NCBI GenBank assembly: GCA_964291395.2
Contig: OZ219856.1
Span: 832,001 to 896,000 of the forward strand
DNA from: Alphaproteobacteria bacterium
GTDB lineage: Bacteria; Pseudomonadota; Alphaproteobacteria; UBA2966
Reading direction: 5' to 3'
Length of the DNA: 64,000 bases
Part shown: positions 51,547 to 60,910 of the stretch, one piece after another
Layout of the letters: every line of letters begins with the position of its first letter
Numbering within the stretch: the first letter of the stretch is position 1
Made by a program: the position numbers and the translations under genes
Notes under the pieces: model-generated
Seen by the model: the letters and a program-made list of their open reading frames with translations, nothing else
Told to the model about the DNA's origin: nothing
Databases searched by the model: none

Positions 51547-52077
51547 TCAGGAGCCGCTGTCGGACAAAGAGGTGGTGCGCGGCGGCGGGCGGCGCGGTGT
51601 CCAGCCCACACGGAACGCGCGAACGGCGAAGTGCAGCAGATAGAACAGAATGGCGAGGATCACCAGCAGGACGATGGCGAGCAGTTTCTCGCCGAAAGCC
51701 CCTCCGATGATCTCTTCGCGGCCGATCAAATGCTCCGCCAGCACCTCGACCGCCTGGAGGGTGGCCCCGGCGCAGAAGATCACCGCGATCAGGATCGAAA
51801 TCAGCAAGGTATCGAATACGAGGCCGTCGACTTCCAGTCGGGCGACGCTTCGAATGATATTCCTGCGGAAAGACTGCCAATGGGCGACGGCGTAGCCGAT
51901 CACGCCGACCACCGAAGCGAACCAGAAGATCACGTTGCTGAAGCGGATGTTCGGGATGCTCGCCGTGAGGAATGTTTCGAAGGGTTTATAAAAGTACAGA
52001 AAAATCAACAGGATGATCACGGCGATCAGGGTGATCCAGAACTTGGTGGCGTAGCGTGTGACGGGTTCCCGGGCCAT
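51547..52077 (-). CDS. hypothetical integral membrane protein (about 4 TM)
   Basis: Four long hydrophobic segments. Divergent from hydantoinase A. Confidence 0.8.
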   Translation of the reverse strand: MAREPVTRYATKFWITLIAVIILLIFLYFYKPFETFLTASIPNIRFSNVIFWFASVVGVIGYAVAHWQSFRRNIIRSVARLEVDGLVFDTLLISILIAVIFCAGATLQAVEVLAEHLIGREEIIGGAFGEKLLAIVLLVILAILFYLLHFAVRAFRVGWTPRRPPPRTTSLSDSGS

Positions 52078-52191
52078 GAGGCGGCGTGCCAATCCTAGAC
52101 GGTCCTACGGCTGCGGGGATCGTAGGCCATAGTCTCTCCAAATCAAACCCCGAGAAGGGAACTGAAGCCTGCGCAGGGTAGGATTCCGCAT

Positions 52192-52213
52192 TTAACATGT
52201 ATATGCACGTTAA
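52192..52213. promoter_or_regulatory. imperfect palindrome, candidate operator
   Basis: TTAACATGTATATGCACGTTAA in an AT-rich divergent intergenic region. Confidence 0.5.
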
Positions 52214-52227
52214 TTTTCTATCCTCCG

Positions 52228-52255
52228 TTGACCCCGCGTAGCAAGTCGATATCAT
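52228..52255 (+). promoter_or_regulatory. sigma70-type promoter of the hydantoinase-flotillin operon
   Basis: TTGACC-16nt-TATCAT. Confidence 0.55.
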
Positions 52256-52369
52256 GCCTTCAAAAGCGTGTCGGTGACTGGGACGGAGTCAACCTCGCTC
52301 GGCTGCTTCCGATGGTCTCGGAATGGGTCACGCGAGATCGAGATTGCGGGAAGGCGACGGTAACGAACG

Positions 52370-54430
52370 ATGGCTTGCCGACTGGGAATCGACGTTGGCG
52401 GGACGTTTACTGATCTCCTTCTGTTCGATGGCGGAACTGGCGAGATCCACCTACTGAAAACGCCGTCGACTCCGCAGGATCAATCTGTCGGCATTCTCAC
52501 GGGCGTTCGGGATCTCATTTCCCAGACCAAAGTGCGGCCTGCCGACATCCAGGGACTTCTCCATGGCACGACGGTATCGACCAACATCGTGCTGGAGGAA
52601 AAAGGAGCCAAGGTTGGCCTCCTGGTGACGGAGAACTTCGAACAGATACTTCATCTGGCGCGCTCTCAGACTCCCGGACCCCTCGCCGGTTGGATCGTCA
52701 TGCAAAAGCCGGATCCCTTGGCCGACCTCGAACTGACGCGGGGGGTCAAGGAGCGCACGAACGCGCGGGGCGACATCGTGACACCGATGGACGAGGCGCA
52801 CGCCCGAACCCTGATCCAGGAGCTGGTAGACGGCGGCGTCGAGTCGATCACGGTGTCGCTGCTGCATTCTTATGCCAACCCGGCCCACGAACAGCGGTTG
52901 AAGGCGCTCATCCGGGACGTCGCGGGCGACATCCCGGTGTCGCTCTCTTCCGAGATCCTGCCCGAGTTCCGCGAATACGAACGCACGCTCGTCACCGTAA
53001 TGAATGCCTACGTGGGCCCCAGCATGCGCCGCTATCTCAGCCGTTTCGAGGAGAAACTGCGCGGCGTCGAGTTCTCGCCCCATGTCAATATCGTGCGCTC
53101 GGACGGCGGGCTGATGAGTGTCGCCCGTGCTTCCCAGTCTCCGGTGCACACGATGCTGTCCGGACCGGCCGGCGGCGTGTCGGGGGCGGCCTTTCTTGCC
53201 GGCCTCGCGGGCCATCCCAAGGCCCTCGGGTTCGACATGGGCGGGACGTCGACCGACGTCTCTCTGATCCAGGAAGGCAAGCCGACGATCTCGCGCCAGA
53301 CGAGCCTCGGCTACTATCCGATCAAGGTTCCTTCCGTCGAAGTGCACAGCGTCGGTGCCGGTGGGGGATCGATCGCTCACGTGCCGATGACGGGGGCACT
53401 ACGGGTCGGCCCGGAAAGTGCGGGCGCCGTGCCCGGCCCGGCATGCTATGGACGCGGCGGTGACTCCCCGACGGTCACCGACGCCAACGTGGTGCTCGGC
53501 CGCCTGCCTCCTAGCTTGTTGGGGGGCGATATGGCCCTTGACGCCAAGGCGGCCGAGGAGGCGGTCGGGAAGATTGGCCGGGCGCTGGGGCTCGATCTCC
53601 ATCAAGCGGCTCAGGGCATCCTCGACATCGTCAACGAGAACATGTTCGGCGCGTTGCGCTTGGTCACGGTGCAAAAAGGTCTCGATCCCCGTGATTTCGC
53701 GCTGGTGGCCTTCGGCGGCGCCGGTCCGTTGCACGGGAATGCCATGGCCGCGCTCGCCGGTTGCTACCCCGTGATCGTACCCCCAACGCCCGGCGTGCTG
53801 TCCGCGCTCGGCTTCCTGTACTCCGACGTCAAGAACGAATTCGCGCAAACGTTCGTGCGCAATATCGACGATATCGACCCTGGCCAAGTCAACGACATCC
53901 TGACACGGCTGGGGCGCGAGGCCCGGACTTGGCTTCAGGAGGAGGACATCTCGGAGCAGAACCAGGAGCTGCAGTACGAGGCGGACGTGCGTTACTTCCG
54001 CCAGGGCTACGAATTTTCGCTCGAAGTCGACCCGGGATCGTTGATGAACGGGGGCTTGCACGATCTGGAGATGCGCTTCGGAACGGCGCACGAAAGGCTT
54101 TACGGTTTCAAGCTCGAACAGCCCGTGGAGCTTGTTAACTTACGAGCTGTCGGTACGGGCCGGGTGGACAAGGTTGAGTTTCCGGAGTTTCCACTTGAGG
54201 ATCGCGATCCGTCCGCGGCCATTGTCGAGCAGCACAGGGTCTATTTCGGCGGCAATGCCGAGCAGACCGTTATCTATGACCGCAGCAAGCTCCGTGCGGG
54301 CAACCGGATCACGGGTCCCGCCGTCGTGACCCAGAAGGATTCGACCACCATCATTCACCCTGGCCATACCGGGGAGGTCGATCAGTATCTCAACATCCTG
54401 ATTCGCCCTGACGACGACCAATTGCATTGA
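52370..54430 (+). CDS. hydantoinase/oxoprolinase subunit A (ATP-binding)
   Basis: GIDVGGTFTD, HGTT, EYER, SGPAGG, DMGGTSTD, GAGGGSI, FGGAG. Confidence 0.94.
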   Translation: MACRLGIDVGGTFTDLLLFDGGTGEIHLLKTPSTPQDQSVGILTGVRDLISQTKVRPADIQGLLHGTTVSTNIVLEEKGAKVGLLVTENFEQILHLARSQTPGPLAGWIVMQKPDPLADLELTRGVKERTNARGDIVTPMDEAHARTLIQELVDGGVESITVSLLHSYANPAHEQRLKALIRDVAGDIPVSLSSEILPEFREYERTLVTVMNAYVGPSMRRYLSRFEEKLRGVEFSPHVNIVRSDGGLMSVARASQSPVHTMLSGPAGGVSGAAFLAGLAGHPKALGFDMGGTSTDVSLIQEGKPTISRQTSLGYYPIKVPSVEVHSVGAGGGSIAHVPMTGALRVGPESAGAVPGPACYGRGGDSPTVTDANVVLGRLPPSLLGGDMALDAKAAEEAVGKIGRALGLDLHQAAQGILDIVNENMFGALRLVTVQKGLDPRDFALVAFGGAGPLHGNAMAALAGCYPVIVPPTPGVLSALGFLYSDVKNEFAQTFVRNIDDIDPGQVNDILTRLGREARTWLQEEDISEQNQELQYEADVRYFRQGYEFSLEVDPGSLMNGGLHDLEMRFGTAHERLYGFKLEQPVELVNLRAVGTGRVDKVEFPEFPLEDRDPSAAIVEQHRVYFGGNAEQTVIYDRSKLRAGNRITGPAVVTQKDSTTIIHPGHTGEVDQYLNILIRPDDDQLH

Positions 54431-54443
54431 TGGATCCGAACTC

Positions 54444-56750
54444 ATGACAGACCTCAACCCGCCGAGCAAATCGGTCTCCCTGGATGACCTTCTGAGGGCC
54501 AACAAGGACCAGTTCGACCAGCTCTTCGCCACGCAAGTGAGGGAAGTGGGGCTGGTCGGCGTCAGTCACCGCCCCGCGACAGAGGAGGATCTCATGTCGC
54601 CGAGTATGCGGACGTGGCACGACGGCGACGGCGAAGATGTGACGGCGTTTCTCAACACGCGTTTTGGGTCGGATTGGTCGTCAGAGGTTGTCGAGCACAA
54701 GGTTGAGCGCGGCGCGGTGACCGTTCTTTGCAAACTGACCGTCGACGGTGTCTCGAAGATGCAGTTCGGCTCGGCTCGTGCGAACGGCGACGAAGGCAAG
54801 GCCTTGCGGCACGCGACCAACCAGGCCCTGAAAGCCTGTGCCGCGATGTTTGCTGAAGCGGCTGTGCCCGTGGATCCGCCTGCGGCGCCTGCGCCGGAGG
54901 AACAGCTGGAGCGGCAGGGACGGGAGATGCTCGATGCCCCGGCACCCCGTGCGCCGCACCCGGCGGAGCGTCCCGGCACGCTTGATACGATCACGCTCGA
55001 CCTCATTGAGAACGCTCTCCGCAACGCCCGTCACGAAATGGACGCGGTGCTGTTCCGCTCGGCCATGTCCCCGGTTATCCGGGAACAGCACGATGAATTC
55101 CCGATGATCACAGATGGCAAGGGGCGCATGATCGTGGGGCAGTTCGGCTCCTATATCCCGGAGATGTTGAAGGAGCAGAACTTCCGGCTACTCCCCGGCG
55201 ACGTGATTCTGCAGAGCGATCCGTTCAAGTGCGGCGGCGCCATCAGCCACATCAACGACTGGATGGTGCTGGTGCCGATCTTCTACGAGAACGAAGTCAT
55301 CGGCTTCAGTTCGATGTTCGGGCACATGATGGACGTGGGGGGGCCCGTGCCCGGCAGCATGCCGACGGCGGCGACTTCGGTGTTCGGCGAAGGCCTGCGC
55401 ATTCCACCCATCAAGATCTATGACGGCGGCGCGCTCAATAAGGGTGCGCTCGACCTCATCATGAATAACACCCGCACCCCGGAGATGAACTTCAGCGATC
55501 TCATGGCGATCATCGCGGGCTGCCGGACTGGTGAGAAGCGCGTGATCGAGATCTGCGATCGCTTCGGCAAGGATATCTACCGCCAAGCGTGCGAGGCGTT
55601 GCTGGAGCGCACCAATCGCGCCATGTGCCAGCTGATCGTGCAGAATCTGCCTGAGGAGCCGCAGTCGTTCGAGGATTACGTGGACGATGACGGTCTCGGC
55701 AACGGGCCTTTCAAGCTCAAGCTGACCGTCTGGCGCGAGGGCGAGCACGCCTATTTCGATTGGACGGGCACATCGGCCCAGGCCCCGGGGCCGATCAACT
55801 TCTACCTCCACGAAGGCATGTTCAAGATGTTCATCGGGGTCTACATGATCATGGTGTTCGACCCCCAAATCCTGTTCAACGATGGTTTCTACGACCTGAT
55901 CCACGTGACCCTGCCCAAGGGCTCGCTAGTACATCCCAACTTCCCGGCACCTCTCGGCTGTCGGACCCATGCGCTGTCCCGCCAGTTCGACGTTCTGGGC
56001 GGCGCGCTCAGCAAGAAGGCTCCGGAAATGGCGACCGCTGCGGGCTACGGATCGAGTCCGCATTTCCTGTACTCGGGCACCGACGCAGACGGCCGCCAGT
56101 TCCAGCTCATGGAGATTCTCTACGGCGGTATTCCCGGCCGGCCGGTTGGCGACGGCATGGACGGGCATTCTTGGTGGCCGCTGTTCGAGAACATCCCCAG
56201 CGAATACCTCGAGAGCTACTACCCGATGCTGATCGAGAGCTACGGCAGCATCTCGGATACCGGCGGCGCGGGCCTCCATCGCGGCGGCAACGGTGTGGAG
56301 AAAGTCTACCTGTTGCTCGAAGAGGGAGAGATCTCCATCCACGACGACCGGCATGAATCGCGGCCCTGGGGCATCTTGGGCGGGGCGCCCGGTGTCTGCT
56401 CGGAGAAGTGGTTGGTACGCAAGGACGGGACGCGCGAGCCGCTCCCTTCCAAGATCGACAATGTGAAGGTGCGAAACGGAGACCGCATCGTCTTCCGTAC
56501 GGCGGGCGGCGGTGGATGGGGGGATGCGCTCGAGCGTGAATCCGTGAAGGTCCGTAACGATGTCGCGCGCGGTCTGTTGTCGCGCGAGGCGGCGCGGGAG
56601 AGCTACGGCGTTGTCATCTCAGAGAGCTTCGATGTCGACGAGACGGCGACGCGGGATTTGCGTGAAACCATGCGGGCTGGACGGCCGCCGTTGCCCTTGT
56701 TCGATTTTGGCAGGCAACCGACGTGGGGCGGAACCACCGCTTCTGCGTAG
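54444..56750 (+). CDS. hydantoinase/oxoprolinase subunit B with an N-terminal Rad52/Rad22-like extension
   Basis: Core from about aa 180 (SPVIREQHD, SHIND, HMMDVGG, GAGLHRGG, TAGGGGWG), preceded by an extra 180 aa or so. Confidence 0.92.
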   Translation: MTDLNPPSKSVSLDDLLRANKDQFDQLFATQVREVGLVGVSHRPATEEDLMSPSMRTWHDGDGEDVTAFLNTRFGSDWSSEVVEHKVERGAVTVLCKLTVDGVSKMQFGSARANGDEGKALRHATNQALKACAAMFAEAAVPVDPPAAPAPEEQLERQGREMLDAPAPRAPHPAERPGTLDTITLDLIENALRNARHEMDAVLFRSAMSPVIREQHDEFPMITDGKGRMIVGQFGSYIPEMLKEQNFRLLPGDVILQSDPFKCGGAISHINDWMVLVPIFYENEVIGFSSMFGHMMDVGGPVPGSMPTAATSVFGEGLRIPPIKIYDGGALNKGALDLIMNNTRTPEMNFSDLMAIIAGCRTGEKRVIEICDRFGKDIYRQACEALLERTNRAMCQLIVQNLPEEPQSFEDYVDDDGLGNGPFKLKLTVWREGEHAYFDWTGTSAQAPGPINFYLHEGMFKMFIGVYMIMVFDPQILFNDGFYDLIHVTLPKGSLVHPNFPAPLGCRTHALSRQFDVLGGALSKKAPEMATAAGYGSSPHFLYSGTDADGRQFQLMEILYGGIPGRPVGDGMDGHSWWPLFENIPSEYLESYYPMLIESYGSISDTGGAGLHRGGNGVEKVYLLLEEGEISIHDDRHESRPWGILGGAPGVCSEKWLVRKDGTREPLPSKIDNVKVRNGDRIVFRTAGGGGWGDALERESVKVRNDVARGLLSREAARESYGVVISESFDVDETATRDLRETMRAGRPPLPLFDFGRQPTWGGTTASA

Positions 56751-56857
56751 GGTTTGGATTTGTGACGGATACGTCTTGCACGGTGAGTGGTGTGGCGGGG
56801 AGGATCGGATTCCAAATGCTGCGGCAATAAGGAAAAGCGAAAGAAGGTGCAGGGATA

Positions 56858-59674
56858 ATGCTGGAAATTGGGATTGCGCTGGCCGTCTCGGCGATCGTCG
56901 TTATCGCCATCCTCTACATCATCTCCATCTGGGTTTATAAACGCGCGCCCGCGAACATGGGGTTCATACGAACGGGCTTTCTCGGTACCAAGGTGTGCCT
57001 GGGTCGTGGCGCCATCGTGTTGCCCGTATTCCATGAAGTGAGCTGGATCTCGCTTGAAACGATCAAGCTGATTGTCAGCCGCTCGCGGGAGCAGGCAGTT
57101 CTGACTTCCGACAAGATCCGGGTGGACACCGTCGCCGAACTCTACGCGCACGTCGGTAGGACCGAAGAAAACCTGCTGACCGCGAGCCGCAGCCTGGGTG
57201 ACAAGACCTTCGATGCCGAACAGGTGCGCAACCTGCTCGAGGCGAAAGTCGTCGGCGCCATTCGCAGCTATGCGGCGACAAAGACCCTCAATGAACTGCA
57301 CGAGAATCGGGATGCCTTTGCCCAGCAGATCAAGGAGTCCGTCCTCGACAGCTTCGAGGCCAACGGCCTCGTACTCGAGGAAGTGACCATCGTGACGCTG
57401 GAGCAGTCCGGCAAGGACTACTTCAAGTCCGACAACGTATTCGACGCCGAGGGCCTGAAGATCATCACCGAGATCACGTCCGACGCGCGGCGCAAAGTTC
57501 ATGACACCGAGAAGCGCACCACCGTCGCCATCCGTCAGAAGGACCTCGACACTCAGCTCGAGCTGCTGGAGATCGAACGCGAGGAGGCGTTCGCGCGGGC
57601 CGGTCAGGACAAGGCCGTTGCCAACGAGCAGGCCCTGCAGCTCGGCCAGAAGCAGATCTACATGCTGGATCAGCGCAAGGCGGTCGAGGAGAAGGAAATC
57701 CAAAACGAAGTCGTTCTGGAGCAGCTGCGAACCGACCGTGAGATCGCCATCACCGAGGAAGCGCGCAAGCGCGAAAGCTCGGACATCGAAAAGACCCTGA
57801 AGCTCGAGCAGGAACGTCGTGACAAGGAAATCGCGCTGATCGCCAAGGCGCGGGAGGAGGAACTCACCAAGATCCAGCGCAACCTGGCGCTCGAGAAAGC
57901 GGAGAAAGACCGCGAAATCGAGTTGATCGACAAGGCCAAGGAGCAGGAGCTTGCGGAGATCCGCAGGCGGCTCGCGCAGGAGAGTGCCGACAAGGACCGC
58001 GAGATCGAGCTGACGGCGAAGGAGCGCGAGCGACAGCGGGCCGAGATCGATCGAGCGACGGAGGTCCTGAAAGCCGAGGAGGCGGCCCGGGATGCGCGCC
58101 ACCAAGCCGGGGAGGAAGTCTCGCGCTCCATGCGGCGGCGGGCGCTTGAGACGAGGCTTTCCATTCTCGAGGTTGAGAAGGGCGAAGCCTTCGCCGAGGC
58201 GCAGCAGGAGCGGGAAATCTCCGACGAGCGCGCCCGCGTCCTCAGCGAGAAACAGCGCTTCATTCTCGATCGCCGCCTGGAGGTCGAGCAGGAGGAAATA
58301 GACAAGGAACTCGCCATCGAGAAGGCCCGAATCCAGAAGGAAGCCTCCGTCATCGAGGAGACCAAGCTTCGAGAGGCCGCCGACATCCGCCGTCAGCTTG
58401 CCCGCGAGCAGGAGGAGCGCGACCGCGAGATCGCCCTCGTGGCCAAGGCGGAGGAACTGGAGAGGGCCGAAATCCGCCGCCGGCAGAGCCAGGAGCAGGA
58501 AGATCGGGAGCGTCAGATCGTGCTCGTCGCCAAGGAAGAGGAACTGCGGCGTGCCGAGGTACGGCAAGCCCTTGCCGTCGAGCTCGAAGAGCGTGAGCGG
58601 GAGATTCGGCTCATCGCCAAGGAGCAGGAGCGCGAACGGGCGGACATCCAGCGCTTCCTCGCGCGCGAATTGGAGGAACGCAGCCGCGAGATCGCGTTGA
58701 CGGAGAAGACGAAGGAGCTTGAGGAAGTCGAGGTCCAACGTCTCCAAACGACGGCCGAGAAGGAGCGGGCAGGACACGGTGTGGAATCGGTGCGCATCAT
58801 CGCCGATGCCGAGCGCCAGAAAGAGATCGAGCGCATCGGCGCCGAGCGGGAGGCCGAGGCGCGTCGGATCGAGGAGGAGAACAATGCGCAGATCTCGCGC
58901 ATGCACATGATCACCCAGGCCGAGGCGCGCAAGCTTTCCGCCGAGCAAGAAGCGGAAGCGACTCTGACGCGGGCCCAGGCGGTGAGCGATGCCCAGAAGA
59001 TCACGGCCGAGGGCATCGAACGCGAGGCGGGCGCACGGGGCCGAGCCGAGATGGAGATCGAGTCGCTGCGCGTAGTCAATACGCAGCGCCGCTTCGAGGC
59101 CGAGGCCACGGGTATCGAGGCGAAAGCCGAGGCGCTGGCGAAGTACAACGAGGCGGCCACGTTCCTCGAACTTGCCAGGCTGCACATCGAGGCGGAACGC
59201 GACATCCACATCGACCAGGCCAAGGCCATGGGTAACGCCCTGTCAGGTGCGCAGATCCGCATGTACGGCGGCGGCGACGGTACCGTCGACACGATCCGTG
59301 GGATGTTCACCCAGGGATTCGCGCTCGGCGAGATTCTCGAAGGCGTCGCCCAGTCGCTGCCCGAGGGCCTGCGGGCCCGCTTCGCCGACAACGGCATCCG
59401 CGGTCTGTTCGGCCGGCCTTACCAAGCCGGTCAGTTCCGTGACTCGGTCGAGCTGTTGACGGGTATGGTGCGGTCGACGATGCGCACGCGGCGCGACCGG
59501 GACATCCCGTTCAGCCAGGCTCTCGATCGGCTGGCCGAGTACGCCGGTGATGACGAAGTGCAGGGCCGGGCGGTTGCGTTGCTGCGGGAGGCGAATGAGG
59601 GCGGCGTCTTCGACGACGTGCCGTTCGAGACCGTATGGGCGCTGATGCAGGCTATCGCCACGCCTTCTGACTGA
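56858..59674 (+). CDS. giant SPFH/flotillin-family protein
   Basis: N-terminal TM, YKRA...FIRTG...IVLPVFH, DNVFDAEG (YqiK-like), about 600 aa of E/R/A-rich coiled coil, and an extra C-terminal domain. Confidence 0.9.
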   Translation: MLEIGIALAVSAIVVIAILYIISIWVYKRAPANMGFIRTGFLGTKVCLGRGAIVLPVFHEVSWISLETIKLIVSRSREQAVLTSDKIRVDTVAELYAHVGRTEENLLTASRSLGDKTFDAEQVRNLLEAKVVGAIRSYAATKTLNELHENRDAFAQQIKESVLDSFEANGLVLEEVTIVTLEQSGKDYFKSDNVFDAEGLKIITEITSDARRKVHDTEKRTTVAIRQKDLDTQLELLEIEREEAFARAGQDKAVANEQALQLGQKQIYMLDQRKAVEEKEIQNEVVLEQLRTDREIAITEEARKRESSDIEKTLKLEQERRDKEIALIAKAREEELTKIQRNLALEKAEKDREIELIDKAKEQELAEIRRRLAQESADKDREIELTAKERERQRAEIDRATEVLKAEEAARDARHQAGEEVSRSMRRRALETRLSILEVEKGEAFAEAQQEREISDERARVLSEKQRFILDRRLEVEQEEIDKELAIEKARIQKEASVIEETKLREAADIRRQLAREQEERDREIALVAKAEELERAEIRRRQSQEQEDRERQIVLVAKEEELRRAEVRQALAVELEEREREIRLIAKEQERERADIQRFLARELEERSREIALTEKTKELEEVEVQRLQTTAEKERAGHGVESVRIIADAERQKEIERIGAEREAEARRIEEENNAQISRMHMITQAEARKLSAEQEAEATLTRAQAVSDAQKITAEGIEREAGARGRAEMEIESLRVVNTQRRFEAEATGIEAKAEALAKYNEAATFLELARLHIEAERDIHIDQAKAMGNALSGAQIRMYGGGDGTVDTIRGMFTQGFALGEILEGVAQSLPEGLRARFADNGIRGLFGRPYQAGQFRDSVELLTGMVRSTMRTRRDRDIPFSQALDRLAEYAGDDEVQGRAVALLREANEGGVFDDVPFETVWALMQAIATPSD

Positions 59675-59691
59675 TGTGATACGAGGCGCCG

Positions 59692-60810
59692 ATGGCGGAG
59701 CACGACGTCGTCCTTGAACACGTCGACAAGACCTTTCCCGGCGGTGTCCGGGCGGTCATCGACTTCAACGCCGAGATTGAGCATGGCGAATTCGTTGCCA
59801 TGCTGGGGCCGAGCGGCTGCGGCAAGACCACGACCCTGCGCATGATCGGCGGGCTCGAGGAGGCGACCTCGGGGAAGATCTATATCGCCGGGCAGGACGT
59901 CACCGACCTGCCGCCGTCGCATCGGGACACCGCGATGATGTTCCAGAGCTTCGCGCTCTTTCCTCACCGGACCGTTCTCCAGAATGTTGAGTTCAGCCTG
60001 AAAATGAAGGGCATGGAAAAGATTGAGCGGGCGCGCCGCGTCTGGGAAATGGTCGAAATGGTCGGACTCGGGGAACTCGCCCATCGCCGGCCGCACGACC
60101 TCAGCGGCGGACAGCAGCAGCGTGTGGCACTCGCCCGGGCGCTGATTGGGCGGCCGACGGTGTTGCTGCTCGACGAGCCCTTGGGCGCGCTCGACTTCAA
60201 TCTGCGTCAGGCCATGATGGTGGAGCTCAAGAAGATCCAGCGCGAGCTCGGCATCACCTTCATCATGGTCACGCACTCCCAGCAGGAAGCGCTGTCGATG
60301 GCCGACAAGGTCATCGTCATGAGCGACGCGGTGATCCAGCAGATCGGCACGTCCCGGGAAATCCACGAGCATCCACGCACCAAGTTCGTAGCCGAGTTCA
60401 TCGGCAACAACAATCTGCTTAAAGGCACGATCAAGTCGCGCAGCGGCTCGATGGTGTTTGTGGAGTCGGAGGACAATCTCTTCTACGTGCGCATTCCCGA
60501 AACCATGCCGCACGTGGAGATCGGCAAGGAGACCTATTTCTCGGTTCGTGCCGATCTCATGCACACCGGAGATCACCCGGATATGGCCAACCGGGTCGAA
60601 GGGTCCTACGTGACTACGGAGTTCATGGGTTCCCTTGAGACCGATGTGTTCGAGGTGGGGTCGAACACTATCGTGCATGTGGAGCAGCACCGCAGCGTCG
60701 CGGACCATGTTTACCAGATGGGTGAAAAGGAGACGATCTGCTGGCCAGCGGACGCCGGCGTGCTATTGGAAACCGTGACCGGCGTGGCGGAGCGGGCGGA
60801 GGCGGAGTAG
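59692..60810 (+). CDS. ABC transporter ATP-binding protein (PotA-like)
   Basis: GPSGCGKTT, LSGGQQQR, LLLDEP, VTH, and a TOBE-like C-terminus. Confidence 0.92.
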   Translation: MAEHDVVLEHVDKTFPGGVRAVIDFNAEIEHGEFVAMLGPSGCGKTTTLRMIGGLEEATSGKIYIAGQDVTDLPPSHRDTAMMFQSFALFPHRTVLQNVEFSLKMKGMEKIERARRVWEMVEMVGLGELAHRRPHDLSGGQQQRVALARALIGRPTVLLLDEPLGALDFNLRQAMMVELKKIQRELGITFIMVTHSQQEALSMADKVIVMSDAVIQQIGTSREIHEHPRTKFVAEFIGNNNLLKGTIKSRSGSMVFVESEDNLFYVRIPETMPHVEIGKETYFSVRADLMHTGDHPDMANRVEGSYVTTEFMGSLETDVFEVGSNTIVHVEQHRSVADHVYQMGEKETICWPADAGVLLETVTGVAERAEAE

Positions 60811-60910
60811 AGGATTGGCAGCGAGGCTTCGCGGTAATATACCGGGATAATGAGTCTGTGGTATTGGTTCAAATCCAACGGTGGAATTCCAAGGCCAGGG
60901 GTGCGACACG

